From positions 682,001 through 746,000 of the forward strand of contig JAQGDQ010000014.1 of assembly GCA_030141605.1 (NCBI GenBank): a stretch of DNA of 64,000 nt. Direction: 5' to 3'. Below are positions 1 to 13,200 of the stretch, in pieces. The position numbers and the translations under genes are program-made. This stretch comes from Tubiluchus corallicola. Taxonomy: Eukaryota; Animalia; Priapulida. The number at the start of each line of letters is the position of its first letter. Within the stretch, counting starts at the first letter, position 1. The notes below the pieces were generated by a model. That model did not search any database. It was given only the letters and a program-made list of their open reading frames with translations, and was not told the DNA's origin.

Positions 1-1954
1 TTTGCTAGAGGCAATTAATTATTAAATTGTTAAGCGTAGTTTGTCCAAAGACAGGCTAACAAAAACATCGCAGTTTTATGTTAACATTCTTGAAATTTCG
101 AGCTAGTTCTTGCAGCTATTTTTATATTAGCTGGCAAGCATTTGTTTTTTATGGGATTTACCTTCCAAAAAGACTGAAATTAGTCTGGCCAAAAGACGAA
201 AAAAGAGAATTAGATTATAAAAACAAAAGGTTGAATTTGGATTTAAGAACACGTATTTAAGGAAATATTGTTAAAGTGAGAGAATAACGTAACCAAGCCG
301 CTGACCAAAGAGTTCTGCAACGCTGATATGAGAGAAAAGGAATGCTAGAGTAAGAGACTATTCTAAAATTAGAAATGGTCCATACTCCATGCTCCAAAGC
401 TCAAGTAACTATGGACGTATAAACTAAATATCTGTAGCACCTGCGTATACATGACGGCACGTTTCGGTACAAGAGCGAAGAGTGTCTTTGTACAAATACA
501 GAAATGAATAAGGTGTTAAGTTCTGGGCACAAAAAAGGCACCTTACTTTCTGAGAATTTTTAGCTTTATCGTTAATATTGTTGACCGAGTTGATTATCAA
601 AAGTGTGAGAGCTGAGATGATTTAAAGATTGGGAAAATCAATATATCAGTAAGGTGTGAAATTCGCATTTGGCGAATGGAATAAAAAAGTACGTTGTGGG
701 AACTTGCACTTATTAAACGCGTTGCCGTGATGTATGAATTCGTTGTATTCTTGCAAATCAGGGGTATATATTTCTGGTATATATTTCTGCCTAGACTGGT
801 ATATATTTCTGCTTTAAACCTCACTTTAAAGCCAGCGTACTTCGGATGTGTTGGCAGTCTATAATGAATGAAATGGAAAGCGTTGATGGTTTGCAGACAC
901 GAAAAGTAGGAATTTTTTGCCTCTTATAATATAGAGTATTAGATGCAGACGCTGCCTCCACACGAGACTAAATCTTCTGTCTAATTCATTCATGTCTGTC
1001 AGGTCATTTTAACATTTTATAAACCGCTGTATTTAAACTACTGTATTTATCACAAGTACATGTATAAGCGAATTCGTTTTTATGGAAATACGGTATGTTT
1101 CCAAATTCCCCTCCTTCCAAAATTTTGTTTGCGTCCACACGATTTTTCGAAAAATTTTGAAAAAAAAACTTTGTTTAATCTCCTACATACACGCATATTT
1201 AAATTTTCTTACACGTCGAGCCTATAGCGGACCGTAAATAAACAGCTAATTTTATGTCCGGACAGATGAAACGCCCAAGAGCATATATATATATATACTT
1301 ACAGCTAGGGAATCAGCGTGTCTGCTGTGCATCTAGTAATTTTGGTGCCAATTTTGTTGCATCTTTAAGAAATGAATCTATATCATGGTGACACATAGAG
1401 TCATTACTATGAACCTATTTTCGAACATCATTTTTTTCAAATTAATGTCCAAAAAGCGATATGAATCTAATTAAAAAATAAATTGTTTTAAGTTTTGTTT
1501 GTTAACTATAATATGATGGCTACGTGAGATATACATATAACTACAAAACACTACAAAATTAAGATTATCACAATAGCGAAACACTAAAGCAATAACACTA
1601 ATGAATCTATGAATCTCTATAAGTCGCAACAAGGAAAAAAATTGTATATTTTAAAGGACTCATCTATGATAATACGAATTTTAACATTTCATAGCTCACC
1701 TGACAAGCTCAGTAGGAATTTTAATGAATAGCATGCAGATGATGCTGCTGCTCGCTATCTGCATACGAGAGAGATCAGATTTCAACTTGGCTTCACTTAC
1801 TACGCTGATATCATCGTGTAATTGCTTGCACATGAAGCTCTGTCCCTCTCAAATACTGGCTCGTCTTTCTCTGCATTAAAGCATCTGTTGCTAGTCTTGT
1901 TAGTAAGGAGACCAGATTACCATATTTGTGCAGAAATTTGGAAAGAGAGAGAAA

Positions 1955-1957
<3 letters not shown>

Positions 1958-2014
<57 letters not shown>
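1958..2014. repeat. (GA)n microsatellite
   Basis: Direct reading; source of the ERERER ORF. Confidence 0.97.
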
Positions 2015-2017
<3 letters not shown>

Positions 2018-2451
2018 TATTAATAATAATAATAATAATAATAAATCTTTATTAAAGAAATGAACATATATACAAAAAGGTGCCTCTTTTTGCAGGCTCA
2101 GATCAACAATTTACATTTTCATATAACAAATCTTTTAAATATTTCCAGTTTCACACTATGTACAACGTAAAACATTTTATACTTAAATTAGATGTAATTT
2201 CAATCGAATCACAAGTATTATACACACAAATTAACTTTACACAACTACTTAATTTATTTTGGTATACTCGAGTGGGCCTAAATTAACAATTACTTAGTAT
2301 AAAATTGTCTCTGATCAGGTTAGTGAAAGCCATTATTAAATTTTTATCAGATTGAAGCATAATATTACGTGTATAATTGGTGGCATTGGCTATTTCTATG
2401 AAACGCATTCTTTTTGTATTATCTACTCTATTGCATCTGAATAAAACGTTT

Positions 2452-2453
<2 letters not shown>
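2015..2453 (-). mobile_element. 5'-truncated non-LTR retrotransposon 3' end inserted in a (GA)n tract
   Basis: Minus frame reads RNVLFRCNRVDNTKRMRF...LIRDNFILSNC*, resembling the tail of a LINE C-terminal CCHC region (xVLFxC), then a UTR, AATAAA and a (TTA)n tail; (GA)n on both sides. Confidence 0.5.

Positions 2454-2514
<61 letters not shown>
2454..2514. repeat. (GA)n microsatellite
   Basis: Direct reading. Confidence 0.97.
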
Positions 2515-2515
<1 letters not shown>

Positions 2516-2859
2516 AAGAAAAATTCAGTTGAAGGAACCCAATGAGAAACCAGGCGAAAGATTTATGGGACTTTGTTGCTGTGGTGTTGTACTATGACAT
2601 TGTCTAGTTAAAAAATATAAACAATGCACTTAGGTATGCTTTGCACGTATTAATTTTGTGGGTACTAATTCAGATTAAGATTATTTCAGATAACTTGTAC
2701 CGCCTGGTGGCAATAGTGAAAAAACAAAGTGTGAGGTTACTGAAATAAATAAATTTGATGCCATAAATACGCCATAATAAAAAACCAGTAAAATTATTTA
2801 TAGAGTGCAGCCCTTGCTTCCTAGGTTTATGACCTTTATGCTATAATAGCAGTCAGTTA

Positions 2860-3336
2860 GCAGATAATTAAAGCACAAAAACGCTTTTCGTAAATAAAGC
2901 TTAGCAAATTCGTCTTGAAATTTCCTATCACTTTCAATGCTTATTACATGCAAAGCCTGCGTTAGCAGTAATGCTGTTTAAAACTTGTAAATTTAAGTAA
3001 GTTTAAGTAAAGTTATCTAAACTTAAATAACAGTGTGTAAATTTTGAAAATATAATCAGAGCGTTTTAGCACGCTTTTTGCTAACTAAACGAAAGTTTAT
3101 AATACTTTATATTATCAGTAAGATCAATAATGTACTTTTTGGCAAACCAGTGGTGCACACTGGGATTGGCGACACAGTGCCGTTTTACTAGGTGGCGCGA
3201 ATATTCTAAATTATTAAGAATTTTCTTTTCCGGTAACGTAAGTCTTTCAAACAGGTAATCGTAATGCTAAGTAATATAAATTTGCATGGAATGTTCTTTG
3301 GGGTATTCTTTAAAATTTCCTTTTCTTCCCTTTTAA
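2860..3336 (-). mobile_element. Interspersed repeat family B, Kolobok-like end (TTAA-AAGGG)
   Basis: Reverse complement matches 36215-36720 (e.g. CGTAAGTCTTTCAAACAGGTAA vs TTACCTGTTTGAAAGACTTACG) and more weakly 45880-46140; ends CCCTTTTAA. Confidence 0.7.
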
Positions 3337-3431
3337 GTTAGAAAGTGGTAATAAACAGAATCATTGTTAATTCTACGGACCTTGTAAAAGGCAACGTTAT
3401 GCTGTCTCAAAAGCATCATCATTTCTTTTAA

Positions 3432-4023
3432 AGGGAAGCAGGATGATTTTTCCTACACATATGACACCGTTGTCAAGTGCTGTAAAAAGACCAATAATAC
3501 TGGAAAAGAATTTCTGATAGCTAAACACAAAAAAAATCTTAATTAATGGCGGGCGAGTCCAACCATTGATGACATCACAAACGAACGTAATTTTCAACTG
3601 CACAAGCATTCCATGATCGTGTTGCACGTGTTTGCGAAAACGAAAATTGACGTACAGTGCTACTTTACGAGATTCAGTGTGATGTACTAAAGCTAGGCAA
3701 GTTTTAAGTTAAAAATTCAGATTACTAATTTATCACTGTGCATGAGCTGTTTGAGTACGTGACAAAAGAACACTTCAGAGGTGAGAGGTACAGCGCCTGT
3801 TTTTGTGCAACGCGTTTCCGAAACGCAGGCGCTAGTGCCCGTCTAACTAGCGAATGGCAAAATGCATGTAACAACGAAGAACTAGTGGCGCGAATGTGAA
3901 ATTGCGTTTGTGCGATAATAATTGTTTCATGTAAGTCATTCTTGAAAAATAGTATGTTTCATTGCAGTATTTTAAAAAGTAGATTGTTTTAAACTACATC
4001 TTAAGATTAGGCCCGGTTTTCCT
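3432..4023 (+). mobile_element. Non-autonomous DNA element family A copy 1 (Kolobok-like)
   Basis: Begins TTAA-AGGGAAG and ends GTTTTCCT-TTAT; collinear diverged copy at 5755-6370 (shared GTTGCACGTGTTT, TTACGAGATTCAGTGTGAT, TTTCCGAAACGCAGG, GTAAGTCATTCTTGAAAAA). Confidence 0.75.
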
Positions 4024-4659
4024 TTATACATCCTCATAATTGGCAGCAGAGGTTGATCAGACAAGTGTCAGTGCTTACAGTGGGTACCGGTAACATGCAT
4101 TCCATAAATTACTTCAGAATCGTTCAACCACTTAAAAAACTTCTTCTTTGACCATCAGCGCGTTTGACCCAGCCGTTTCAAATTTGTAAGACGTAAGGAG
4201 GAGGGATTTGCAGACAGAAGAGCAGCTTGTAGGTCAACTTGGGCTACTTGCAGAGTGATACTGAAAGCAAAAAACTGTACGAATTTTTAGTTCTTGGTGG
4301 TGAATGCGTGTTAAATTTGCTAGCGGTGTTTTGCAATTGTTTCATTGGTTATTAATCATTGGTTTTTTATCTATTCTACAGTATTAGTAATACATTAGCA
4401 TATATTATAAAATTTATTGTTGCAATGCGTTTGAATGGTCGTGAATGTGGTTTACTACAAACAAAACTAAAACTAACTAACTAACGAAAAACAACATCCT
4501 CCTCTCTACACAATATATAAATTGATTGCCTGATCAGTAGAGGGTTTCATTACATAGTGGTAAAAATTATCAGTTTATGAATGAACTTTAAATGGTTTGT
4601 AAACTGACTACAAAATTGTTTGGATGAGATATGTACCTGAGTATTTACTATATGTGCTT

Positions 4660-4860
4660 AGTGAATCAAGTTAAGCAGGGCCTGGGCTTGGTCAATGATA
4701 GATGGTTGGCTGATAATTTAATATTCTGTCTGGGGTCAGTTTATGAGATGAAACGCCAAACTATTCAGAAATTACACTCAGTCTGTGATTAGAAATCCTC
4801 AATTGTTCATGCATTAAGACTGAGTAGCGTCCATTAGCGCCAAGATGGAAAATGTTGTCA
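4660..4860 (+). mobile_element. Possible degenerate 5S-rRNA-headed SINE
   Basis: AAGTTAAGCAGGGCCTGGGCTTGGTCAATGATAGATGG resembles the 5S internal control region; downstream GATGAAACGCCAAAC...ATTAGAAATCC...GAGTAG loosely resembles a Deu-type SINE core. Confidence 0.3.
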
Positions 4861-5754
4861 TTAAATCGAATTCATAATTGGGCAAATTGAAACTATTGAA
4901 ACTACAAACAAGCTATAATACTTTTCAATCCTACGCACGCCTATTCTCATCACTATTCTCATCTCATTCTTTATCATTTATTTCGGCGACAGCCAAAATG
5001 ATGTGAGCCTTTGAAGGTCTATCTGGACTTTTCTTTCTTTATTTTATTTTTTCATTTATTTATTTAAAGTTTATTTTAGCACATAAAAAGTGCAATATAA
5101 AAGTTAAAATTTACACAAAAAAACTAAGAAATACTATATGCCAAAAATGATGTCATGCACTATCAACGAAGGTATTCGATAAAAAAACACTAGCTACGCG
5201 TTAGTCGATAAATTAAAAGTTTTTTTGTAGTCGCTTTGGCGCGTTAAAATTTCCCATTAATCTCTTTGAACTAAATCACTATAAGCAATTTTGAACAATC
5301 AAAATAATTTTGGGAAACAACAACAAGGTCAACATTTTACGCAACTTACTTCAGTGGTACTCTGCCCGTTCCAGTAAACTGAGATGCGTTTCACGTTTTG
5401 TATTCTAGTTTTACAAGAATGTTTTTCCTCGTGGTCGCCGTTATTTATCTACTCAAGTGATCTCCCGCGGTCTGTTTTTGAAGAGAAATAGGCATATACA
5501 ACCATTCATGCCTTCTTAAGCAGGAAGAAGAGGTTTAAAACCATTTTCTATCAGCTTAAACTCCTCAGCTAAATTGCTTATTTCAATGCCGGCCCAGGGA
5601 CAGAGCAGTCAAGTTCACAGTAGCATTAGCCGAAAGTAGCAATTAGAGATTATAATTGAAAACCTAAAAAACATCTGTCTCCAGCCATTGTGAACTCTGT
5701 ACCATAAAACTGTGTGACATAACTAAGTTCCCCCAGTTATTTTGAACTCATTAC

Positions 5755-6366
5755 AGATGATTTTTCATATCCTACTCCATTTTGAAGTACGGTAAAAAGT
5801 ACACATTTTAACACCAATAATACTGAAAAACCATTTCTGATAATTAAATAATAGATAAAAAACTTAATTAACAGCGAGCGAGCCCAACTAATGATGATCA
5901 CAAATGAACATAATTTTAATTTTCAAAGCACAAACATTCCACGAGAGTGTTGCACGTGTTTTGCGAAAGCGAAGATTGAAGTACTGTACATTACGAGATT
6001 CAGTGTGATATACTAAAACTCGCCAAGTTTTATGATAAAAATTCAAATTTCAAATTTACCGCTGTGTTGACGCATGAGCTGTCGAACGTGAGCACTAAGT
6101 CACAAGCGAACACCTCTGAACTAAAAGGTACAACACCTGTTTTTTTGTGCATCGCATTTCCGAAACGCAGGTGCTAGTGCCCGTCTAATTAGCGAAAAGC
6201 GAAATGTATGTAATAGCGATGAACTAGCCGCGCGAACGCGAAACTAAGTTTGTGTGGCACTAAATCTTTCACGTAAGTCATTCTTGAAAAAGTAGTATGT
6301 TTCATTTCAATAGTTTAAAGAATAGAATGTTTTGAATTACAGTTCAAGATTGGGTACGGTTTTCCT
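5755..6366 (+). mobile_element. Non-autonomous DNA element family A copy 2 (Kolobok-like)
   Basis: Direct diverged repeat of 3432-4023; ends GGTTTTCCT followed by TTAA. Confidence 0.75.
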
Positions 6367-6700
6367 TTAAACAGTAAACAGCTTTCTCTAACACAAACTT
6401 GTATAAGGATGTTAAAATTAAAAAAAGTAAAACCATTTTTGATAACTTAATCTGCTGAGACTCATCTGCAGTAAGCGTAATTATTTGTGTATTTGTAATT
6501 TGTTAGCTCGTAGTCGTGTTTCGTAATTTGTGTATGTATGTACATTGTACATATGCATAAATGTATGTATTTTATGACTTTATGTGTAGGTGTGTATTTG
6601 CTTGCATATTTTATTTCGTCTCCGTTTATGTTTTGTTTTTGTTTTTGTTTTTTTTATTTTATTTTATTGATAATTTTTTACGTCAGTAAAATTTATTAAT

Positions 6701-7912
6701 AACTAGTTGACAATGTTTCTGACGTGGTCAGAAACTGAAGATTTTGCAAACAAAAGCTGTAAAAAATGAGCCTTAAAAATGAAGAGACGACAGCATTTTT
6801 TGAAAGTGCTTATTTCCTTTTATTGCATTGCTGGCATACATGGAAAGTGCATTTCACAATGGAACCTCAGCATTTAACTGCTCAGCCTATCGACCATGGG
6901 TCAAAGGTCAACAATCTTGGCATAACTTATATCGTTCAGTTTGTCTCATTGAGGCCTTTCATTTCATATACAACAATTTACTTTTGGTAGACCCTATTTT
7001 GCCACTAACTGGGTCACAGGTTAACGATTCACACTGTAACCTGTACCATTCGATTCGCCTCATCAAGACCTTTCGTTTGATATGCTACAAGGTACGTTTG
7101 CTCAACACTCAGTGCACTTCAGTTCCCGACCCCCATTTTTCGGTTTTTGCCCCCTTGCAGGGTCGCGGGTTAGCTATTCTCGTTGTAACCTTTGCCATTC
7201 GACTCGTCTCATTGAGACCTTTCAATTAATGTGCTACACGGTACTATTCTAAGATACTTGATGCATTTCTATTTCCAATCCCCAAATCACCCATATTTTG
7301 CCATATCCAACAAACTGGCCCCACCTAACCGCATACCAAATATTGTCGCCCTAGCTCAAAAACTGTGGGAGCAGATGGATCCTAATGAAAAATAAATGAA
7401 GACCCGACCGCTCCGTGACCTTTGACCCGGCAACTCGGGTCACGTATACGTATATAACTTTGGCCAGAGAGTGTACCCTGTGAGTTTTGTGTGCCTAGCA
7501 CTCAGCGTGTAAAAGGTCACAAATTGGGCGGACCCCAAATTTTGCATTTTGGCCCCTCACTCGGGCGTTTAAAGCTTGTCAGCTCTTTAAAACCCCAGGT
7601 GCACATCTGCCCCACAGTACCCAAATACTTGTGAAAAAAAATTGGAAAATCACGAAAGCCCTAGGAGGAGTTGAATCCTAAAGGAAAAACTGACCAGTGC
7701 CCACTGTCCTTCCCTCCTTGACCACTGGTCAGCGGTTGCTACAACAATTGTACGTCGCCCGCGCAGGGCTACCAACCCTGCGAGTTTGGCGACCCGAGCT
7801 TGCAAGGCTTACGAATTATTAAGCGTTAAACTGGCGTAGAATAAATAATAAATAATATGAAATATCAACACAGTGAAAAACAGTAAGATTTTGCTATAGC
7901 AAAATCTTAATA
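6701..7912 (-). mobile_element. Helentron-associated (HINE/DINE-1-like) non-autonomous element
   Basis: Perfect 26-bp palindrome TAAGATTTTGCTATAGCAAAATCTTA (7884-7909) at one end; at the other, ACTAG, a 9-bp-stem hairpin GTTTCTGAC-GTG-GTCAGAAAC (6715-6735) and a matching subterminal repeat AAGATTTTGC (6738-6747); three internal subrepeats containing TCTCATTGAG(G/A)CCTTTC-like cores. Confidence 0.7.
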
Positions 7913-8721
7913 AAAAGCGTTTCTTTGTGGTGCAACGACCTGCTGTAAATTCTTTTTTTATGACAGAGGCCTAGATTTTTGTATTGTAACTTTTGTTTGA
8001 ATTGAAAGTCATTTGCTATTTTCTGAAATGCATTTTTTCAGGCTATTGATCAGTATAAACTTTATAAGACGTTGGTTCAGACAATGTTGGCACTATTGTA
8101 CTAATTATTTAAATTGTCAGTGACATTTTTTTTTGTTTTTTCTTGAGAAAGCTGTACAGTAGTGTAACTATGTCATTCAACATGTAACGCTAATCGTACC
8201 TTGTACGACCTGTATTTAACACAATTGAAAATGTGTTTTCGTACGGAACAAATTTAACACCTTCACTAGTTGTATGGACACGAACTGCAGCATTACAAAT
8301 TTACAAAACGAAGACGCCCCATTGTGAAACCATTTTAATCTTATATGAGAAAAATTTAACATTGCTTGCAGCATTTTTCTGAATATTATGGGATGGTTGC
8401 TTTTGTAACAGTTCAGGAAAATATTTTTAATAAATCTTCAATTTTGTATTTAGCTAAAAGTCATAGAACAAAATGACAGAACAAACAGAACAAAAGAAAA
8501 CAGCAATAACAATTGCATATTGTTTACTGTGAGTACACAATACTGTCAAAAAATAAGGTATAACTTCTCACAGATAATTTTATTATATCATAGTAATACT
8601 CAGCATTCAATCACATACAGCAGCAATAAATAGCTAAATTAATCGTCAGCTTAATGTGGCTTGCATAATTCGTTTTTACTTTCATCATCAGGCTATTTTA
8701 ATGGAAAATAAAAATAAAAAT

Positions 8722-8838
8722 TATCATCGTCATCATCGTCGTCGTCGTCATCGTCGTCGTTATCATCATCATCATCGTCGTCGTCATTGTCTTATCGTCA
8801 TCATCGTCGTCCTAATCGTCATTATCGCCACCATCATT
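8722..8838. repeat. Imperfect (CAT/CGT)n microsatellite
   Basis: Direct reading. Confidence 0.9.
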
Positions 8839-9438
8839 GTTGTTATTTGCATCAATGCCAAGACTGCCAGTGCTGTTTATAGTTTTAAAAATTCTGAAGC
8901 AATTACGAGTGTCGCATCCCTATGTCACCTGCTTTAAAATTCGCTTCAAAAAGATTGTATGTGATATTCTCAAAACCGACACTTTATTACTTAACTTTAC
9001 TGGGAGCCATCATTTTCCTTCAGTACTATAATTTCGTTTATTTAATATTTTTCTTTTTTTGTTTACTTGTTTTTTGTTTGTTTTTGTGTTTTTACTTGTC
9101 TCATTTGTCTGCATATCAGCGTGTTGTTTTAACCTCATGTTGGATGTGTTGACTGATGAACTGTTTTCAGATGCTATCACTCCATTCAAGACAACTTCTT
9201 TATTGCATTAAAGAATTCCAAATGTTCAGGAAGAGTTGCTGATAATCGCCTTGTCTATAGCTTTGTTGACAGCGATTCTGGTGGTCCTTGCGAAGATGAA
9301 ACAATTTGTTTACGCCGTTATTTCCTATCGTGGGTTGCATTAGAAACATGAAACCAAAAATGTGAACGTTTTTGGCAAAACAACAGTGTTCAAAATAATT
9401 GTAAATTGGTTTATACTTTAAGATATCAGTTACAAATA

Positions 9439-9736
9439 TACAATACAATACAATTACTATACAATACAATACAATACAATACAATACAATACAATACAAT
9501 ACAATACAATACAATACAATACAATACAATACAATACAATACAATACAATACAATACAATACAATACAATACAATACAATACAATACAATACAATACAAT
9601 ACAATACAATACAATACAATACAATACAATACAATACAATACAATACAATACAATACAATACAATACAATACAATACAATACAATACAATACAATACAAT
9701 ACAATACAATACAATGCAATTACAATACAATACAAT
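9439..9736. repeat. (TACAA)n pentanucleotide microsatellite
   Basis: Direct reading; source of the CIVLY/NTIQY ORFs. Confidence 0.98.
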
Positions 9737-9739
<3 letters not shown>

Positions 9740-9785
<46 letters not shown>

Positions 9786-9815
9786 TATTATATATTATAT
9801 ATATTATATATATAT
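9740..9815. repeat. (TA)n microsatellite
   Basis: Direct reading. Confidence 0.95.
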
Positions 9816-10062
9816 CAGCTCTTTAATTGTTCATAATTTTTATGGTAAAACACAAGGCTCATAACTCGCATCATCTGTTCATAGTATGCAAACTTTATAC
9901 TATTTCAAGGCTATTCATAGTACAAGGCGTCTCTGCTACAAAAAGTTTTAATTTATTATTCTAGCATAGATCTATGCATCTGTAACCCTATCATTAAATA
10001 AAAATGACGCTGTGATTGCATTGTGTGATAACTTAAAAACAATTGGAAATTTTGATGTTTTA

Positions 10063-10260
10063 AGTGGCATTTGCCTGGGCATCCTGACTGCCTATCTGGA
10101 ATAGATATAATGGGTTTATATTGTTTTCAATGCACCCGTTTATCGGGCCTGCGTTATGCGTTATTTTTTCTGCAGCTATTTCCTTAAAAAAAATTTTATA
10201 CGCAGCTATTCCGCAGGTTGCTAACGCATAACGCATTCCGGGGGCTAGGTAAACGCCACT
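10063..10260. mobile_element. Harbinger/Tourist-like MITE
   Basis: TIRs AGTGGCATTTGCCT / AGGTAAACGCCACT, TTA on both flanks, internal inverted TGCGTTATGCGTTA...TAACGCATAACGCA; second copy at 35316-35510. Confidence 0.75.
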
Positions 10261-13200
10261 TTACGCGAATTTTGAATTAAAAATTTGTACTAGTATTTCT
10301 TTTCTTCACACGAAAGTTCAGTAGTTATTTATCGCAAAGACAGAATAGATGCGCATTTTTAAGGGAGAAAAGCTGGTTTAAATGAACTTTTGCACACGCT
10401 GAGCATGCGCTCTAGATCCTGAAGTACCAGTCGGAATCAAGTTTCTTGTGATCTCTGTTCAAATACCAGCTAGAAGATCTCTCTTTAGACATTCGAGATT
10501 TTAATTTTGGTAAATAATCTTAGTTTATTTTCTCTTAGCATTCTGAAGAAACTTGTGTAAATTTAAGCTTTGGATTCGCAATAGATTAGCACAAAGACTC
10601 GTACAGTTTAACACATTACGATGATTCCAGTCAAAACAACTGCCCAAGTCAGCTGTGTGAGGAAAGCTGCACCCTGTCTGCCGGCTCTTTTTACAAGAAT
10701 ATTGAACCACAATATTTTTTCTGCCAGTACAATTAGGCACAGAAAACGTAGATCAGCTTTCCCGCATCGGGTTACCGTGCACCGGCACATTCAAATTTAA
10801 TTTCGGATTGCACTGAATACTGTACGTTTCAGATTATTTGGGAGAGGGATGGAAAGGCTAGTGTACATTAGACTTATGGTGCAAATTTATGCTGTACAGG
10901 CTACTGACAACTTTCAATTTCAAGTTGCTATAACTGTCAGCCTTGGAATAAAGCTTTACTGCAAGCTGTGTATTGCATTTTCGATTTCCATCGGCGAATG
11001 TATTCTGGACAGAGTCTGAAGTTTTAGTCTAGGAATACTTGAATGGTACTTTACAATGGCATTATAAAGAATAAGTTTAACTATAATTATAAGAATAAGA
11101 ATAAGTATTTTAACATATGCAATTTGAAATAAGAAGGTATGAATTCAGCCCTTTTGTTGTGAAACTCGATCCGTGTTTAGTTTATATTAATTGCACAAAC
11201 TGAAGTTGATTGAATTGAATTGAATTTTATTGGCACTTTTGGTTTGCCTTGATATACAGAGAGAGTCCTCCTATCTCTGCTACCACATTCAAAATTGCAG
11301 TGCCACCACCATTCTTATATGCTGCTAATATACGTCAGAGTTTGATAGATTGGATTTACTGCCAGGTGACAGATTGATGTCTAATGCTGTGTTTTACATG
11401 AAAATTTTGAGTGTGCCGTGTGCTATTTGTTCAAAAAGTACATTGTGCTGTCAAGTTTGGGATAAAGGATTGGTAATACTTTATAATATTAGATTTAATA
11501 TTACAAACTTTGGGTTTATTATCAGCTTACAAATACAGATTTAGATGATGGACCAGCTGTCAGACAAAATGTTGTGGAGTAACTTCCTATTTGAAGTTTT
11601 TAGTTTCTTTATGCTGTAATTTCAATTAAGTTTAGCTTTAAATTTAAGTTGTTTAATTTTCTGTGGTGTATTTTCAATATCTATATGCTCTAGCATGCTT
11701 TACAATAGTTACAATTCTAACATTAAATATTGGGATAATCAATTTACATAAAATCATAAACTGTATGAAGTTGGTCCAAAATACATCAGGAAAATAAAAC
11801 CGTTAAACCGTGAGTTTTCAATTTAGAATAAAGTATCAAAAAACTTGCATAATGAAGCTAGAATATCTCTAAGAAACATGCAAACATTTCAAACAAGTAA
11901 GTTTTCAGTTCACAATTTAAACAATTAAAACTACGAACTTACAAAAATGATTTAAAATACTCTTTAAGAATCACAAACGCTCTTAAGAACAAGTAAGTTT
12001 TTTTAATTTGGATTTAATACTATCAAAATTGGTACACGTTCTTAGTTCTCAAGTTCCGATAATTAGGGCCACATGCCCTGGCCCCTGAAGGATCGTTTAT
12101 GAATCAATTGTGAGTTTTGGCTGCCGAGTGGACAGCGCGTCCAGGGATTTTGATAATTAGACTCAGTCAGTATTAGCGTATTATAGCAGTGTTCTGACAG
12201 TACGTGCCAAATTAGTTCGCCAGTTTGTAGTAGGTGAAAATGTACAAAATTTTCTCTTCGTATTTTAGCTACAGTTTGTTTGTCAACACGTTCATTTGCT
12301 GCAATGTTCACTCTGCTGTCGTGTTTTAAACCTATATATTGTGGGTCAATCCCAGTGGAATTTTGCCCTGTGATTCACGCTCAACAACACTATCCAGCAC
12401 GCAAGCGCAGCTGTTACTCTGCCTTCACTCAACTATTCAAAGCAAGATGTTTTCAAAACCAACTGTTTACATTTGTTGTTTACGTCTGCAAACATACACT
12501 GTAACCCCATCTTTGCTGTATGTAACAGCCCGCTTCTTTTGATACTGGATAATCACTCCCGAATGGGGAATACTACGCCCTAGTTCACTGCTCTGATTCA
12601 TTAAATGAAGTATTCGCAAGTGGTACGTCATACAACTCAAAACAACAATTTTTTTAATTGCTTTAGTAATGTTTGCTACTATGATGTTAAAAAAGGGAGC
12701 AGTATGTTTCAGAAAAAATGTACATACATATTTACGTTTTACTAACGAGCTTACTTTCAAAGCTTTTCACTAGAAGAACATTCAACCATTAACGAATAGA
12801 AAACATTCCACTGTGGAGCCAAAACTAGAGATTTTTGCTTTTGCGTTATGCTTAAACCCTGCTAAAACTGAATTTAAAACTAATGGCATGATATTTACGA
12901 AAATAATTGAGCAAAGCTGGACAAATTTAGTCACGAAATCAGCAACTTCAAAAAACAATTTATATGTATTTATAAACTAGAGTAAATCGATTTTATTGCT
13001 ATAACGTAAAACCTATTTTACAACGAAGAATGCCCCATGTTTACCTGAAGTACAAAAATTTAACATTATTATAACATTAAATTAAAATTAATCTAACTGA
13101 CAGTAATAACTGACTTACGAGAGATTGTAGAAAACTCTTAGAATATGAAATGTAGTAATATAAAACACTTTACTGATGTATTACATAATAAACGTAAACA

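Noticed and set aside
9200-9864. ORFs of CIVLY/NTIQY repeats
   Set aside because: Translations of the (TACAA)n microsatellite.
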